DNA from: an uncultured Chloroflexia bacterium
Lineage (GTDB): Bacteria > Chloroflexota > Dehalococcoidia > DSTF01 > JALHUB01
Length of the DNA stretch: 64,000 nt
Reading direction: 5' to 3'
Assembly (NCBI GenBank): GCA_963703345.1
Contig: OY969814.1
Coordinates: 768,001-832,000 of the forward strand
In this document: positions 33,144-42,737 of the stretch, piece after piece
Numbering within the stretch: position 1 is the stretch's first letter
Layout: each line of letters opens with the position of its first letter
The notes under the pieces: model-generated
Databases searched by the model: none
What the model was told of the DNA's origin: nothing
Seen by the model: only the letters and a program-made list of their open reading frames with translations
Translations under genes and position numbers: made by a program

Positions 33144-34166
33144 TTGACCACCGTAGGAATCCTCGGCGCGACGGGATACGCGGGTGGGGAGCTCGCTCGC
33201 CTGCTCTATCGGCACCCGCACGTTCGACTGGAGTCGGTAGCCAGCGCTGAGTGCGTCGGGCAACGGCTGGGCGACTTCTTTCCGCATCTTGCCCCGCTCG
33301 ATTTGACGATCTGCGACGAGCTCAGCGATGTCGATGTCGTGCTGGCGGCGCTGCCGCACGCGGTCGCGGCGAAGCTGCTGCTGCCGTGGATCGACCGCGG
33401 CAAGTTCGTCATCGATCTGAGCGCCGATTTTCGCCTCAAGGACGTGGCGGAGTACGAGCGCTGGTACCGGGTTGAGCATCCGCGACCGCACCTGCTGCAA
33501 CAGGCGGTCTACGGGCTGCCGGAGCTACATCGACGCGAGATAGCCGGCGCGCGGTTGGTCGCCAGCCCGGGCTGCTATCCGACGGGAGCGATACTGGCGC
33601 TGGCGCCGGCGGTCAAGAAAGGGCTTGTCGAGAAGAGCGTAATTGTCGACAGCAAGTCGGGCGCTTCCGGCGCAGGGCGCTCGCCGACGCTGACCACGAT
33701 GCTCGCGGAAGCCGGCGAGGGGATCTCGGCGTACGCGCTGTCGGGGCATCGGCACATGCCTGAGATCGCGCAGGAGCTGTCGCTGCTGGCGGGCGAGCCG
33801 TGTCGCGTCACCTTCGTGCCGCACCTGCTGCCGATGGCGCGCGGCATCCTGACGACCGCCTACGCGTGTCTGTCGGAGAAGGGGCGAAGCCTTGGCCAGC
33901 AGGGCGTGCAGGAAGCGTACCAGGAGTTTTATCGCGACGAGCCGTTCGTGCGGGTCGTCGCGGCGGCGCCGCAGACGAAGCACGTGCGCGGGAGCAACTA
34001 CTGCGCCGTCTGTCCGACGGTCGACGAGCGGACGGACAGGCTGGTGGTGGTGAGCTGCATCGACAACCTGGTGAAGGGCGCCTCCGGCCAGGCGATTCAG
34101 AGCATGAACGTGATGCTCGGTCTACCGGAGACGGCAGGACTGGAAGGGCTTGGCCTCTATCCTTAG
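33144..34166 (+). CDS. argC: N-acetyl-gamma-glutamyl-phosphate reductase
   Basis: GATGYAGGEL, DLSADFRL, SPGCYPT and IDNLVKGASGQA; TTG start after GAGAGG. Confidence 0.95.
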   Translation: MTTVGILGATGYAGGELARLLYRHPHVRLESVASAECVGQRLGDFFPHLAPLDLTICDELSDVDVVLAALPHAVAAKLLLPWIDRGKFVIDLSADFRLKDVAEYERWYRVEHPRPHLLQQAVYGLPELHRREIAGARLVASPGCYPTGAILALAPAVKKGLVEKSVIVDSKSGASGAGRSPTLTTMLAEAGEGISAYALSGHRHMPEIAQELSLLAGEPCRVTFVPHLLPMARGILTTAYACLSEKGRSLGQQGVQEAYQEFYRDEPFVRVVAAAPQTKHVRGSNYCAVCPTVDERTDRLVVVSCIDNLVKGASGQAIQSMNVMLGLPETAGLEGLGLYP

Positions 34167-34200
34167 GCGCTGGCGACGTCGCTTTCAACCAATTATGAGC

Positions 34201-34225
34201 GCCGAGACCGGAAAGTCTCGGCTAC
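34201..34225 (-). repeat. GTAG-type REP-like hairpin
   Basis: Minus strand GTAG-CCGAGAC-TTTCCG-GTCTCGGC. Confidence 0.75.
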
Positions 34226-34268
34226 GATGTTAATCTATGCCGTCGATTGAAGGCGGACTTCCCAAGAG

Positions 34269-35522
34269 ATGGTCAAACAGGTTAATGGCGACTCCAAGGT
34301 TGGCGTGACGGCTCCGCGCGGCTTTCTGGCGGGAGCGGTCCCGGCCGGGTTGCGAGAGCGCGGCAGAGGCGACGATCTGGCGCTGCTCTTCTCGGAGTCG
34401 CCGTGCGTGGCGGCAGGGCTTTTCACGAACGCCGCCTTCAGGGCGGCGCCGGTGGTCCTGTCGCAGAGGAACCTTATCGACGGGAAGGCGCAGGCGGTGA
34501 TAGCCAACGCCGGCTGCGCGAACGCTTACACCGGCGCCGAAGGTTACCGCGATTCTGAGGAGATGGCGCGCCTGGCCGCAAGCCACCTCCGCCTCGCTGG
34601 TAGCAGCGATCGGACTGCAAGCAAGCTGGCCCTCGTCGAGTCCGACGTCCTGGTCGCCAGCACCGGCGTCACCGGGCATCGACTGGCGATGGACAAGATT
34701 CGCGCCGCGTTGCCGTCGATAACCCTCGCTGCCGACGGCGGCGAGCGCTTCGCCCGCGCTATCATGACCACCGACACCGTCCCCAAGCAGGCGGCGGCGA
34801 CTTTCGAGACGGGCGACCGCAGGTACAGTGTCGGCGGCTGTGCCAAGGGCTCCGGCATGATCCATCCCAACCTGGCGACCATGCTCGCCTTCCTGACCAC
34901 CGACGCGCCGGTCGAGAGGGCGTTTCTGGAGGCGAGTCTGCGAGACGCGGCCGCGGCGTCCTTCGAGATGATGACCGTTGACGGCGACAGCAGTCCCAAC
35001 GACTCGCTGATCATCCTGGCGAACGGCCTTGGCGGCGGCCCGGCGCTGCGCGAGGGCGTCGAAGGCGCGACGCAGTTCAGCGAGGCCGTCGAGCAGGTGT
35101 GCGTTGAGCTGGCGAAGGGCATGGCGCGCGATGCTGAAGGCGCGACCAAGCTGATCGAAGTCGAAGTTGTCGGCGCGAGGAGCGTCGCTGATGCGCGGAT
35201 TGCCGCCCGCACCGTCGCCGGGTCGCCGCTCGTGAAGTCGGCCGTTTACGGCAATGACCCCAACTGGGGGCGGGTGCTGGCTGCTATTGCGCGAAGCGGG
35301 GCGGACGCCGAGGAAGGCCGGACCAGTCTCTTCTGGCAGGGCGTCTGCCTGTTTCAGGAAGGGCGCCTTGTGCCGTACGATGAGAAGGCCGTCGGCGCGG
35401 CGACGAACGCCTCCGAAGTGCGCATCCGCGTCGACCTGGGGCTTGGCGCCGCCGCTGCGACCGCCTGGGGCTGTGACCTGACGGAAGAGTACGTGCGCAT
35501 CAACAGCGAATACACGACGTAG
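34269..35522 (+). CDS. argJ: ornithine acetyltransferase
   Basis: IMTTDT, KGSGMIHPNLATML, ARDAEGATK and DPNWGR motifs. Confidence 0.95.
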   Translation: MVKQVNGDSKVGVTAPRGFLAGAVPAGLRERGRGDDLALLFSESPCVAAGLFTNAAFRAAPVVLSQRNLIDGKAQAVIANAGCANAYTGAEGYRDSEEMARLAASHLRLAGSSDRTASKLALVESDVLVASTGVTGHRLAMDKIRAALPSITLAADGGERFARAIMTTDTVPKQAAATFETGDRRYSVGGCAKGSGMIHPNLATMLAFLTTDAPVERAFLEASLRDAAAASFEMMTVDGDSSPNDSLIILANGLGGGPALREGVEGATQFSEAVEQVCVELAKGMARDAEGATKLIEVEVVGARSVADARIAARTVAGSPLVKSAVYGNDPNWGRVLAAIARSGADAEEGRTSLFWQGVCLFQEGRLVPYDEKAVGAATNASEVRIRVDLGLGAAAATAWGCDLTEEYVRINSEYTT

Positions 35523-35537
35523 GAAGGTAAATACCGG

Positions 35538-36332
35538 TTGTTGGGGGAATCAACTCTCTTAGGTGAACTCTTGTCGAAGACCATCGTCGTCAAAGTGGGT
35601 GGGAGCACCTGGGACAGCCGCGACGCGGCGCTCGACGACATCGTCGCCTTGCAGCGCGAAGGGCAGCGCGTCGTCGTCGTTCACGGCGGCGGCGACATGC
35701 TGAGCCGCTGGCTGGACGTCCACGGCGTCGAGTCGCGCTTCGTCGACGGCCTGCGAGTGACGGACGAGGACGCCCTGCCGGTCGCGGTGGCCGTCCTGGC
35801 CGGCCTGGTCAACAAACAGCTCGTCGCCGGCATCAACGCGCTCGGCGGGAAGGCGGTGGGGCTGAGCGGAGCGGACGGCGCTTGTCTTGTCGCGCTAAGG
35901 CGGCCGGAGCTTGGCTACGTCGGCGAGGTCGAGCGCGTCGAAGCGGCGTTGCTGGACTCGCTTCTGGACCGTGGCTACCTGCCGGTCCTGGCACCCATCG
36001 GAGTCGAGTCCGGCCGGGCGCAACTGCTTAACATAAACGCCGACACCGTCGCCGGCGAGGTCGCGATCGCCCTCGATGCGGACGTGCTGGCATTCTTGAC
36101 CGACGTCCCCGGCGTGCTCGACAGTGACGGCCGGACGCTGGAACGGCTTTCGGCGGCGGAGGTCGAGTCGCTGGTCGCCGACGGCACGGTATCACGGGGC
36201 ATGCTGCCGAAGGTCGAAGCGTGCGTGAAAGCGTCGGCGGCAGGTTGTGCGGCGCTTATCATCGACGGTCGGCAAGAAGGGGCGATTCGCTCCGCGCTTC
36301 GGGGACAGGTCGGCGGGACGCGGGTCGGCTGA
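35538..36332 (+). CDS. argB: acetylglutamate kinase
   Basis: VVKVGGS, VHGGG, GLRVTD, NINADTVA and GMLPKV motifs. Confidence 0.94.
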   Translation: MLGESTLLGELLSKTIVVKVGGSTWDSRDAALDDIVALQREGQRVVVVHGGGDMLSRWLDVHGVESRFVDGLRVTDEDALPVAVAVLAGLVNKQLVAGINALGGKAVGLSGADGACLVALRRPELGYVGEVERVEAALLDSLLDRGYLPVLAPIGVESGRAQLLNINADTVAGEVAIALDADVLAFLTDVPGVLDSDGRTLERLSAAEVESLVADGTVSRGMLPKVEACVKASAAGCAALIIDGRQEGAIRSALRGQVGGTRVG

Positions 36333-36413
36333 GGTTGGCGGTGTTGCACCGGAATCTCCTAGCGCCTCGGGGTCTTGTGTCTCGGCTCGTCGGTCACGTT
36401 CTGAGTACGCAGC

Positions 36414-37262
36414 ATGCCTGACTCGTGGTGGCTCAAGGTCAAACGTGCACAGAAGCACATGGTAGACATCGAGCGTGAGGCCCAGAGATACGCCGGCCTC
36501 CGGCCGTATCGGTTTGAACCGTTCCCCCAACCTAAGGGTCATCGTGATCTGAGGTGGACCTTGCGGATCACGAGTCAGCCCGATCCAATGCTCGCCCTGA
36601 TGGTTGGCGATTTTGTACACAACCTCAGAAGTGCGCTCGATCACGTTGTGGTCGCCTCCATCCCCAAGAAGGCGCGTAGTAGTTTCACTGCCTTTCCATG
36701 GACGTCTGTGGACATCTTCGCCAAGCGTGCCAAGGGTGAGTTCGTGATCAAGAGCGACGATGCCAGGCAAGACTTCGAACGGGCCATCCGTGGTATCCAT
36801 CCGGATGCGAGGACAACCATCATAGGGCTGCAACCCTACCACGCTGGATCCGAGGCTCACCGTATGGTGCTCGGACTCATCAGCCGCCTCGACAATGCGG
36901 ATAAGCATCGCGAACTTACGACGTTCGGTGCGGGTCTCCTCAACCCGTGGGTAGAAGCAACGTATAGAGGGACTACTAGGAAGATTAGGCCAGCCAACGT
37001 CGCGGATCGGCAGTTTGTGAATGATGGCGCAGTAGTCCGATGGTACGATCCGGCTGACCCTGCGGTGCGACCTGAAGATGTTATCAAGCCCGAAGTGCAC
37101 ATGGAGTTCGGCGGAACCGCAAGCATATTCATCCGCGTGACCCGAATGGACGGGAAGAAGGCCCCGATGTCCAACCTCCACCTCTCGCTTACTATGATGC
37201 AGGCGATCCGCACGGTTCGGTGGGTGTTGCGGATGTTGGAACCCTTCGCTCTCTACAGGTAG
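36414..37262 (+). CDS. hypothetical protein, possible HEPN-like domain (inserted gene)
   Basis: GDFVHNLRSALD and RLDNADKHR motifs; atypical codon usage; interrupts argB-argD. Confidence 0.7.
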   Translation: MPDSWWLKVKRAQKHMVDIEREAQRYAGLRPYRFEPFPQPKGHRDLRWTLRITSQPDPMLALMVGDFVHNLRSALDHVVVASIPKKARSSFTAFPWTSVDIFAKRAKGEFVIKSDDARQDFERAIRGIHPDARTTIIGLQPYHAGSEAHRMVLGLISRLDNADKHRELTTFGAGLLNPWVEATYRGTTRKIRPANVADRQFVNDGAVVRWYDPADPAVRPEDVIKPEVHMEFGGTASIFIRVTRMDGKKAPMSNLHLSLTMMQAIRTVRWVLRMLEPFALYR

Positions 37263-37426
37263 TGCTGCCGAAGGGTGGGCCTAGCGTTCGCATCGCCTCT
37301 CACCCTAGGCATGCGACGCCCTACGGTGATGGTACAGTTGCTGTTTCAACCCTCGGAATTGCTTGCGGCGACGGCTGGAGTGTCGGGCAAGCCCCGAAAG
37401 CGCGCTTGGGTTAGAATGAGGCAGAG

Positions 37427-38707
37427 ATGACAGACTGGCAAGAGATCGCTGACAAGTACATGATGACGACCTACAAGCGGCTGCCCGTCACGCTGGTCCG
37501 CGGCGAGGGGAGTCGCCTCTGGGATGACCGCGGCAAGGAGTACCTCGACTTCTTCGGCGGGCACGTCGTCGTCAGCCTCGGCCACTGCCACCCGGTCGTC
37601 GTTCAGGCCGTGCGGGAGCAGGCGGCGACGCTGATGCATTACTCCAACATCGTCTACACGACGCCGCAGCTCGAGCTGGCCCGCCTGCTGATCGACAACT
37701 CCTGCTTCGACCGCGCCTTCTTCTGCAACAGCGGCGCGGAGGCGGTCGAGGCCGCGCTCAAGCTGGCGCGGAAGTGGGGGAAGGAGCGTCGCGGCCCAGA
37801 CGGGCGCCCGTCGGGGCGCGCCTTCGAGGTGATCTGCGCCGAGAACGCCTTCCACGGTCGCACGCTGGCCACCGTCACGGCCGGCGGCACGGAGCGCTAC
37901 AAGGCGCCCTTCACGCCGCTGCCGGAGGGCTTCCGCCACGTCCCCTTCAACGACGCGAAAGCCATCGAGGACGCGACGTCGGAGAAGACGTGCGCGGTGC
38001 TGCTGGAGCCAATCCAGGGCGAGGGCGGGATCATCGTGCCCGACGAGGGCTACTTGCGCCGCGTCCGCGATTGGTGCAACCGGCAGAACCTGCTGCTCAT
38101 CCTCGACGAAGTGCAGACGGGAATGGGACGCACCGGCGCGCTCTTTGCCTACCAGCACTTCGGCGTCGAGCCCGACGTGATCACGCTGGCGAAGGGCCTC
38201 GGCGGCGGCTTCCCGATAGGAGCGGTGCTCGCCAAGGAGCATTGCGCCGTCTTCGTCCCCGGCGACCACGGCACGACTTTCGGCGGCAACCCCCTGGCGA
38301 CGAGCGTCGGCCACGCCGTCCTCGAGTACATGTTGGAGCACGACGTTCCGGCGCAGGCGGCGCGCAAGGGCGAGATCCTGGGCCGCAAGCTGTTCGAGCT
38401 GGAAGACCGCCTGGACCTTATCGCGGCGGTGCGCGGCATGGGCATGCTCTGGGGCGTCGAGTTCAAGCAGGAGATCGCGGAAGAGGTCGTGCTGGCCTGC
38501 CTGGAAGGCGGACTAATCGTCAACAACGTGCGCCCTAACGTGCTGCGCCTGTCGCCGCCGCTGACCATCAGCGACGAGGAGCTGGAGCAGGGACTGGCGA
38601 TACTCGAGCGCGTGCTGACGGCGGGAAACGAGCTTGAAAAGGCGTCGGAGCCGGCCTTCGAGCGCGATTGGGTGAGCAAAGAAGACGGCGCCTCCGAGGA
38701 CATGTAA
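37427..38707 (+). CDS. argD: acetylornithine aminotransferase with antitoxin-like C-terminal tail
   Basis: FCNSGAEA, FHGRT, EPIQGEGG, DEVQTG, LAKGLGGG and HGTTFGGNP motifs. Confidence 0.94.
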   Translation: MTDWQEIADKYMMTTYKRLPVTLVRGEGSRLWDDRGKEYLDFFGGHVVVSLGHCHPVVVQAVREQAATLMHYSNIVYTTPQLELARLLIDNSCFDRAFFCNSGAEAVEAALKLARKWGKERRGPDGRPSGRAFEVICAENAFHGRTLATVTAGGTERYKAPFTPLPEGFRHVPFNDAKAIEDATSEKTCAVLLEPIQGEGGIIVPDEGYLRRVRDWCNRQNLLLILDEVQTGMGRTGALFAYQHFGVEPDVITLAKGLGGGFPIGAVLAKEHCAVFVPGDHGTTFGGNPLATSVGHAVLEYMLEHDVPAQAARKGEILGRKLFELEDRLDLIAAVRGMGMLWGVEFKQEIAEEVVLACLEGGLIVNNVRPNVLRLSPPLTISDEELEQGLAILERVLTAGNELEKASEPAFERDWVSKEDGASEDM

Positions 38708-38763
38708 TCATCCGCGTAGGCCGGCGTCTCGCCCGACGGTTCCTGCGTCAGCCGGTCCTTGAT

Positions 38764-38803
38764 TTGACAACCAATCGGTGAGCTGGTATCCTATAGGATA
38801 CCA
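38764..38803 (+). promoter_or_regulatory. TA promoter with palindromic operator
   Basis: TTGACA-17-TATCCT; perfect 20-bp palindrome TGGTATCCTATAGGATACCA (38784-38803) over the -10. Confidence 0.8.
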
Positions 38804-38824
38804 ATACCACCGAGGAGAGAAGCC

Positions 38825-39271
38825 ATGGCGAAAAACGCTTCCGAAGAGATCGACCGAAGGGCCCTACTGAAGGACCTGAAAACCATGAGGCAGATCGTCG
38901 ACAGACTGGAAGGCGCGGTTCTGGCATCCGAGGATCGAGGGATTGATCCTTACCGCCGAAGACGTCGACTCTTGAGAGACATATATCTCTCCGGCAACAG
39001 CACGAGTCGAGACGAGTTGGAGCCGGTCCTTCGCTCTCAGCTCACTGACTATCACTGGATCGCGCAGCAGGTTAAGAGAGGGTACCTTGCTGTTCATGCG
39101 CTTCCCGGCGGACATAAACGATTCGCGGTAACTCCCAAAGCCGTCCGCGAGCTTCGTTTGGGAGAGGAAGATGAGGAGGAGCAGGGAATCGACGCGATGA
39201 TGAAGCTGTCTGAAGAAGCCTTCGCAGAGGACTGGGATAGCGACGAAGACGGGATTTATGACAACCTATAG
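38825..39271 (+). CDS. putative antitoxin (wHTH-like N-terminal part, acidic SE..F..DW...ED tail)
   Basis: Overlaps the PemK/MazF gene; GAGGAG RBS; candidate autoregulatory palindrome upstream. Confidence 0.75.
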   Translation: MAKNASEEIDRRALLKDLKTMRQIVDRLEGAVLASEDRGIDPYRRRRRLLRDIYLSGNSTSRDELEPVLRSQLTDYHWIAQQVKRGYLAVHALPGGHKRFAVTPKAVRELRLGEEDEEEQGIDAMMKLSEEAFAEDWDSDEDGIYDNL

Positions 39272-39617
39272 TCGCGGCGACGTTGTGCTGGTGCCTTTCC
39301 CTTTTGCGGAGCTCACTGGCACCAAGCGGCGCCCGGCACTTGTAGTCAGCAGCGACGAGCACAACCGCCAAAACCGCGCGGTCGTGATTGCCCAGATAAC
39401 GAGCAAAACGGAAGGACGGCCGCGCGTAGGAGACCAGCGGATCGACGAGTGGGAGAACGCTGGGCTGCTGGCGCCCTCGCTTCTGCGTTGCCATCTTGCG
39501 ACCATCAGAGATACGCTCATCTTTCGCAAGCTGGGGAAGCTTCCGGCGGCGGACATGGCGGCCGTCGAGACGAAACTCGCCGCTGTCTTTGGTCTACCCG
39601 TGGTCTCGCGAGATTGA
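39258..39617 (+). CDS. PemK/MazF-family toxin
   Basis: RGDVVLVPFPF...KRRPALVVS...VVIAQITS. Confidence 0.92.
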   Translation: MTTYSRGDVVLVPFPFAELTGTKRRPALVVSSDEHNRQNRAVVIAQITSKTEGRPRVGDQRIDEWENAGLLAPSLLRCHLATIRDTLIFRKLGKLPAADMAAVETKLAAVFGLPVVSRD

Positions 39618-39638
39618 TGTTCGGAAAGAGAGAGTCAA

Positions 39639-40877
<1,239 letters not shown>

Positions 40878-40959
40878 CCATTCACGCCCCGCCGCCGCGT
40901 GTCAGCGCCGCCGCGGTCGTGTTACGATAAAAGAAAGAGGCCGATTGGAGCGAGGCGCG

Positions 40960-41316
40960 ATGGCGTGGGAGATCTCCGGCTGGGTAGTCCGCTATTACGG
41001 TTGTAGGGAAAAGGACCGCGACTGCCACGTCGGCAAGTTCGAGGTGTTCCGCGCCGAAGGCCCGACCCAGGAGGTCGAGGTGCTCACCACGATGCAGATC
41101 GAGCACATCCTGGCGGGCGAGATGGGGAAGCAGGACCTCTCTGATGAGGAACGCGGGATCATTCTCTCCGTCGCTGGGAAGCACCTAATTGAGCAGTGCA
41201 TCGAGCGGGACGGGCACGTGCCGCCGGTGCTCTACCTGTCCGGCCAGATATTTCGCTCCGAAGGCGCAGAGCGGCGCCTCCTCGAGGAGTGCGGTTTGAT
41301 GCCCGACTCCGGCTAG
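40960..41316 (+). CDS. hypothetical protein
   Basis: ATG after GGAG/GAGG; host-like codon usage; 118 aa. Confidence 0.7.
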   Translation: MAWEISGWVVRYYGCREKDRDCHVGKFEVFRAEGPTQEVEVLTTMQIEHILAGEMGKQDLSDEERGIILSVAGKHLIEQCIERDGHVPPVLYLSGQIFRSEGAERRLLEECGLMPDSG

Positions 41317-41356
41317 ATGGCGCTCGTCGAATCCAACTTAGGCATACGGAAACCAC

Positions 41357-41449
41357 ATGTCTATCATCAGGATTGGATTGTCGCTCAATAAGTCCACTCT
41401 TTTCAGGTCGGTCGAGCATTGCCGTGGTTGCTCCGGAACTGAGTCCGGT
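41357..41449 (-). pseudogene. MarR-family regulator fragment
   Basis: TGLSSGATTAMLDRPEKSGLIERQSNPDDRH matches the MarR helix-wing pattern; no intact N- or C-terminus. Confidence 0.65.
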
Positions 41450-41456
41450 ACATATC

Positions 41457-41831
41457 ATGAAACCGAACGAACATATTGATAAGCTAATTGCAGAACTGAC
41501 CGACTGGCGCGGCAAGATATTCGCCGACATTCGGAGGATCATCCTCGAGGCGGATCCGGAGATAGTCGAGGAATGGAAATGGATGGGCACTCCGGTCTGG
41601 TCTCACGGCGGAATAGTCTGTATTGCCAATGCTTTTAAAGATAAGGTGAAGCTGACGTTTTACGAAGGCGCGAGTATCGCGGACCCGGACAAGCTCTACA
41701 ACAGCGGGCTTGAGGGCAAGAAGTGGCGGACCATCGACTATTTCAAAGACGACAAGATCAAGGAGCGCGAGCTGAAGGACCTGGTTCGCTCTGCCGTGGC
41801 CCACAACCTTGCTAGGAAATCAACAAAATGA
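41457..41831 (+). CDS. DUF1801 (YdhG-like) protein
   Basis: DWRG...IRRIILEADPEIVEEWKWMGTPVWSH...KVKLTF. Confidence 0.85.
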   Translation: MKPNEHIDKLIAELTDWRGKIFADIRRIILEADPEIVEEWKWMGTPVWSHGGIVCIANAFKDKVKLTFYEGASIADPDKLYNSGLEGKKWRTIDYFKDDKIKERELKDLVRSAVAHNLARKSTK

Positions 41832-42664
41832 CCCTAAAGGAGAGGCAAGAAGCAAGAATTCACCCACCTACTTTTCTATCAAATCTCCAGGCAGTCCTGT
41901 TTGATCTGGGCGACACCCTGTGGCATTTTCCCCAGATGCCGCCCATCGAGGTGATCCGGGGCGAAACGGTGCACCGGATCTGCGACCTCCTGCGCTCCTG
42001 GGGCATCCAGCCCGGCGGTGACCTCTTCTTCCTAGGTCGTGATATCCGCGCCGCCGTCGAAAAAGAAACGGACGCTGCCTACTGGGGCGATCTGGTCAGC
42101 CCTGACTATCCGGCGCTGGCGCAACGCGTCGCGGCGGAGAAGGGGCTCGCCATCAGCGATCAGCAGGCGCAGGAGCTCTGGCAGACCTGGAACCTGGGCG
42201 GCGTTTTCCTCGGACGGCGGCTCTACCCGGGCGTACGCGAGACGCTGGAATGGCTGCGGGAACGGGGCTATCGCGTCGGCTCCGTGACCAACCGCGGACT
42301 CGGCGGCGAGCTGTTCCGCGAAGAGCTGCGGCATCACGGCGTCCATGATCTCTTCGAAGTGCTGTCCATCTCCTGCGAAGTCGGCTATCTGAAGCCGCAC
42401 CGGCGGATTTTCGTCCACGCTCTCGAAACGCTGGGAGTGCCGGCAGCGGAGGCGGTGATGGTCGGCGACTCCCTACGGGCCGACGTGGCCGGGGCGAAAG
42501 CGCTCGGCATGACGACCGTCTGGAAGCGGGACAACCGGACGCGGGAAAGCAACGTCGAGCGGGACATGACGGCTTCGGAGGACGGCGCGGAGCCCGCCGC
42601 GGAGCCGGACTTCATCGTCGACGACCTGCGCGAGCTGATGTCGCTGCCACTGTTTCGCGACTAG
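41828..42664 (+). CDS. HAD-superfamily hydrolase
   Basis: FDLGDTL, VTN, KPH and MVGDSLRADVAGA motifs. Confidence 0.9.
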   Translation: MTLKERQEARIHPPTFLSNLQAVLFDLGDTLWHFPQMPPIEVIRGETVHRICDLLRSWGIQPGGDLFFLGRDIRAAVEKETDAAYWGDLVSPDYPALAQRVAAEKGLAISDQQAQELWQTWNLGGVFLGRRLYPGVRETLEWLRERGYRVGSVTNRGLGGELFREELRHHGVHDLFEVLSISCEVGYLKPHRRIFVHALETLGVPAAEAVMVGDSLRADVAGAKALGMTTVWKRDNRTRESNVERDMTASEDGAEPAAEPDFIVDDLRELMSLPLFRD

Positions 42665-42737
42665 ACCTTGGCAGAAGCGCCGTCATCGGCGAGAATGACG
42701 GCAGCACGCCAGTCTGATCTGCCGAAGGAGCGGTGGA

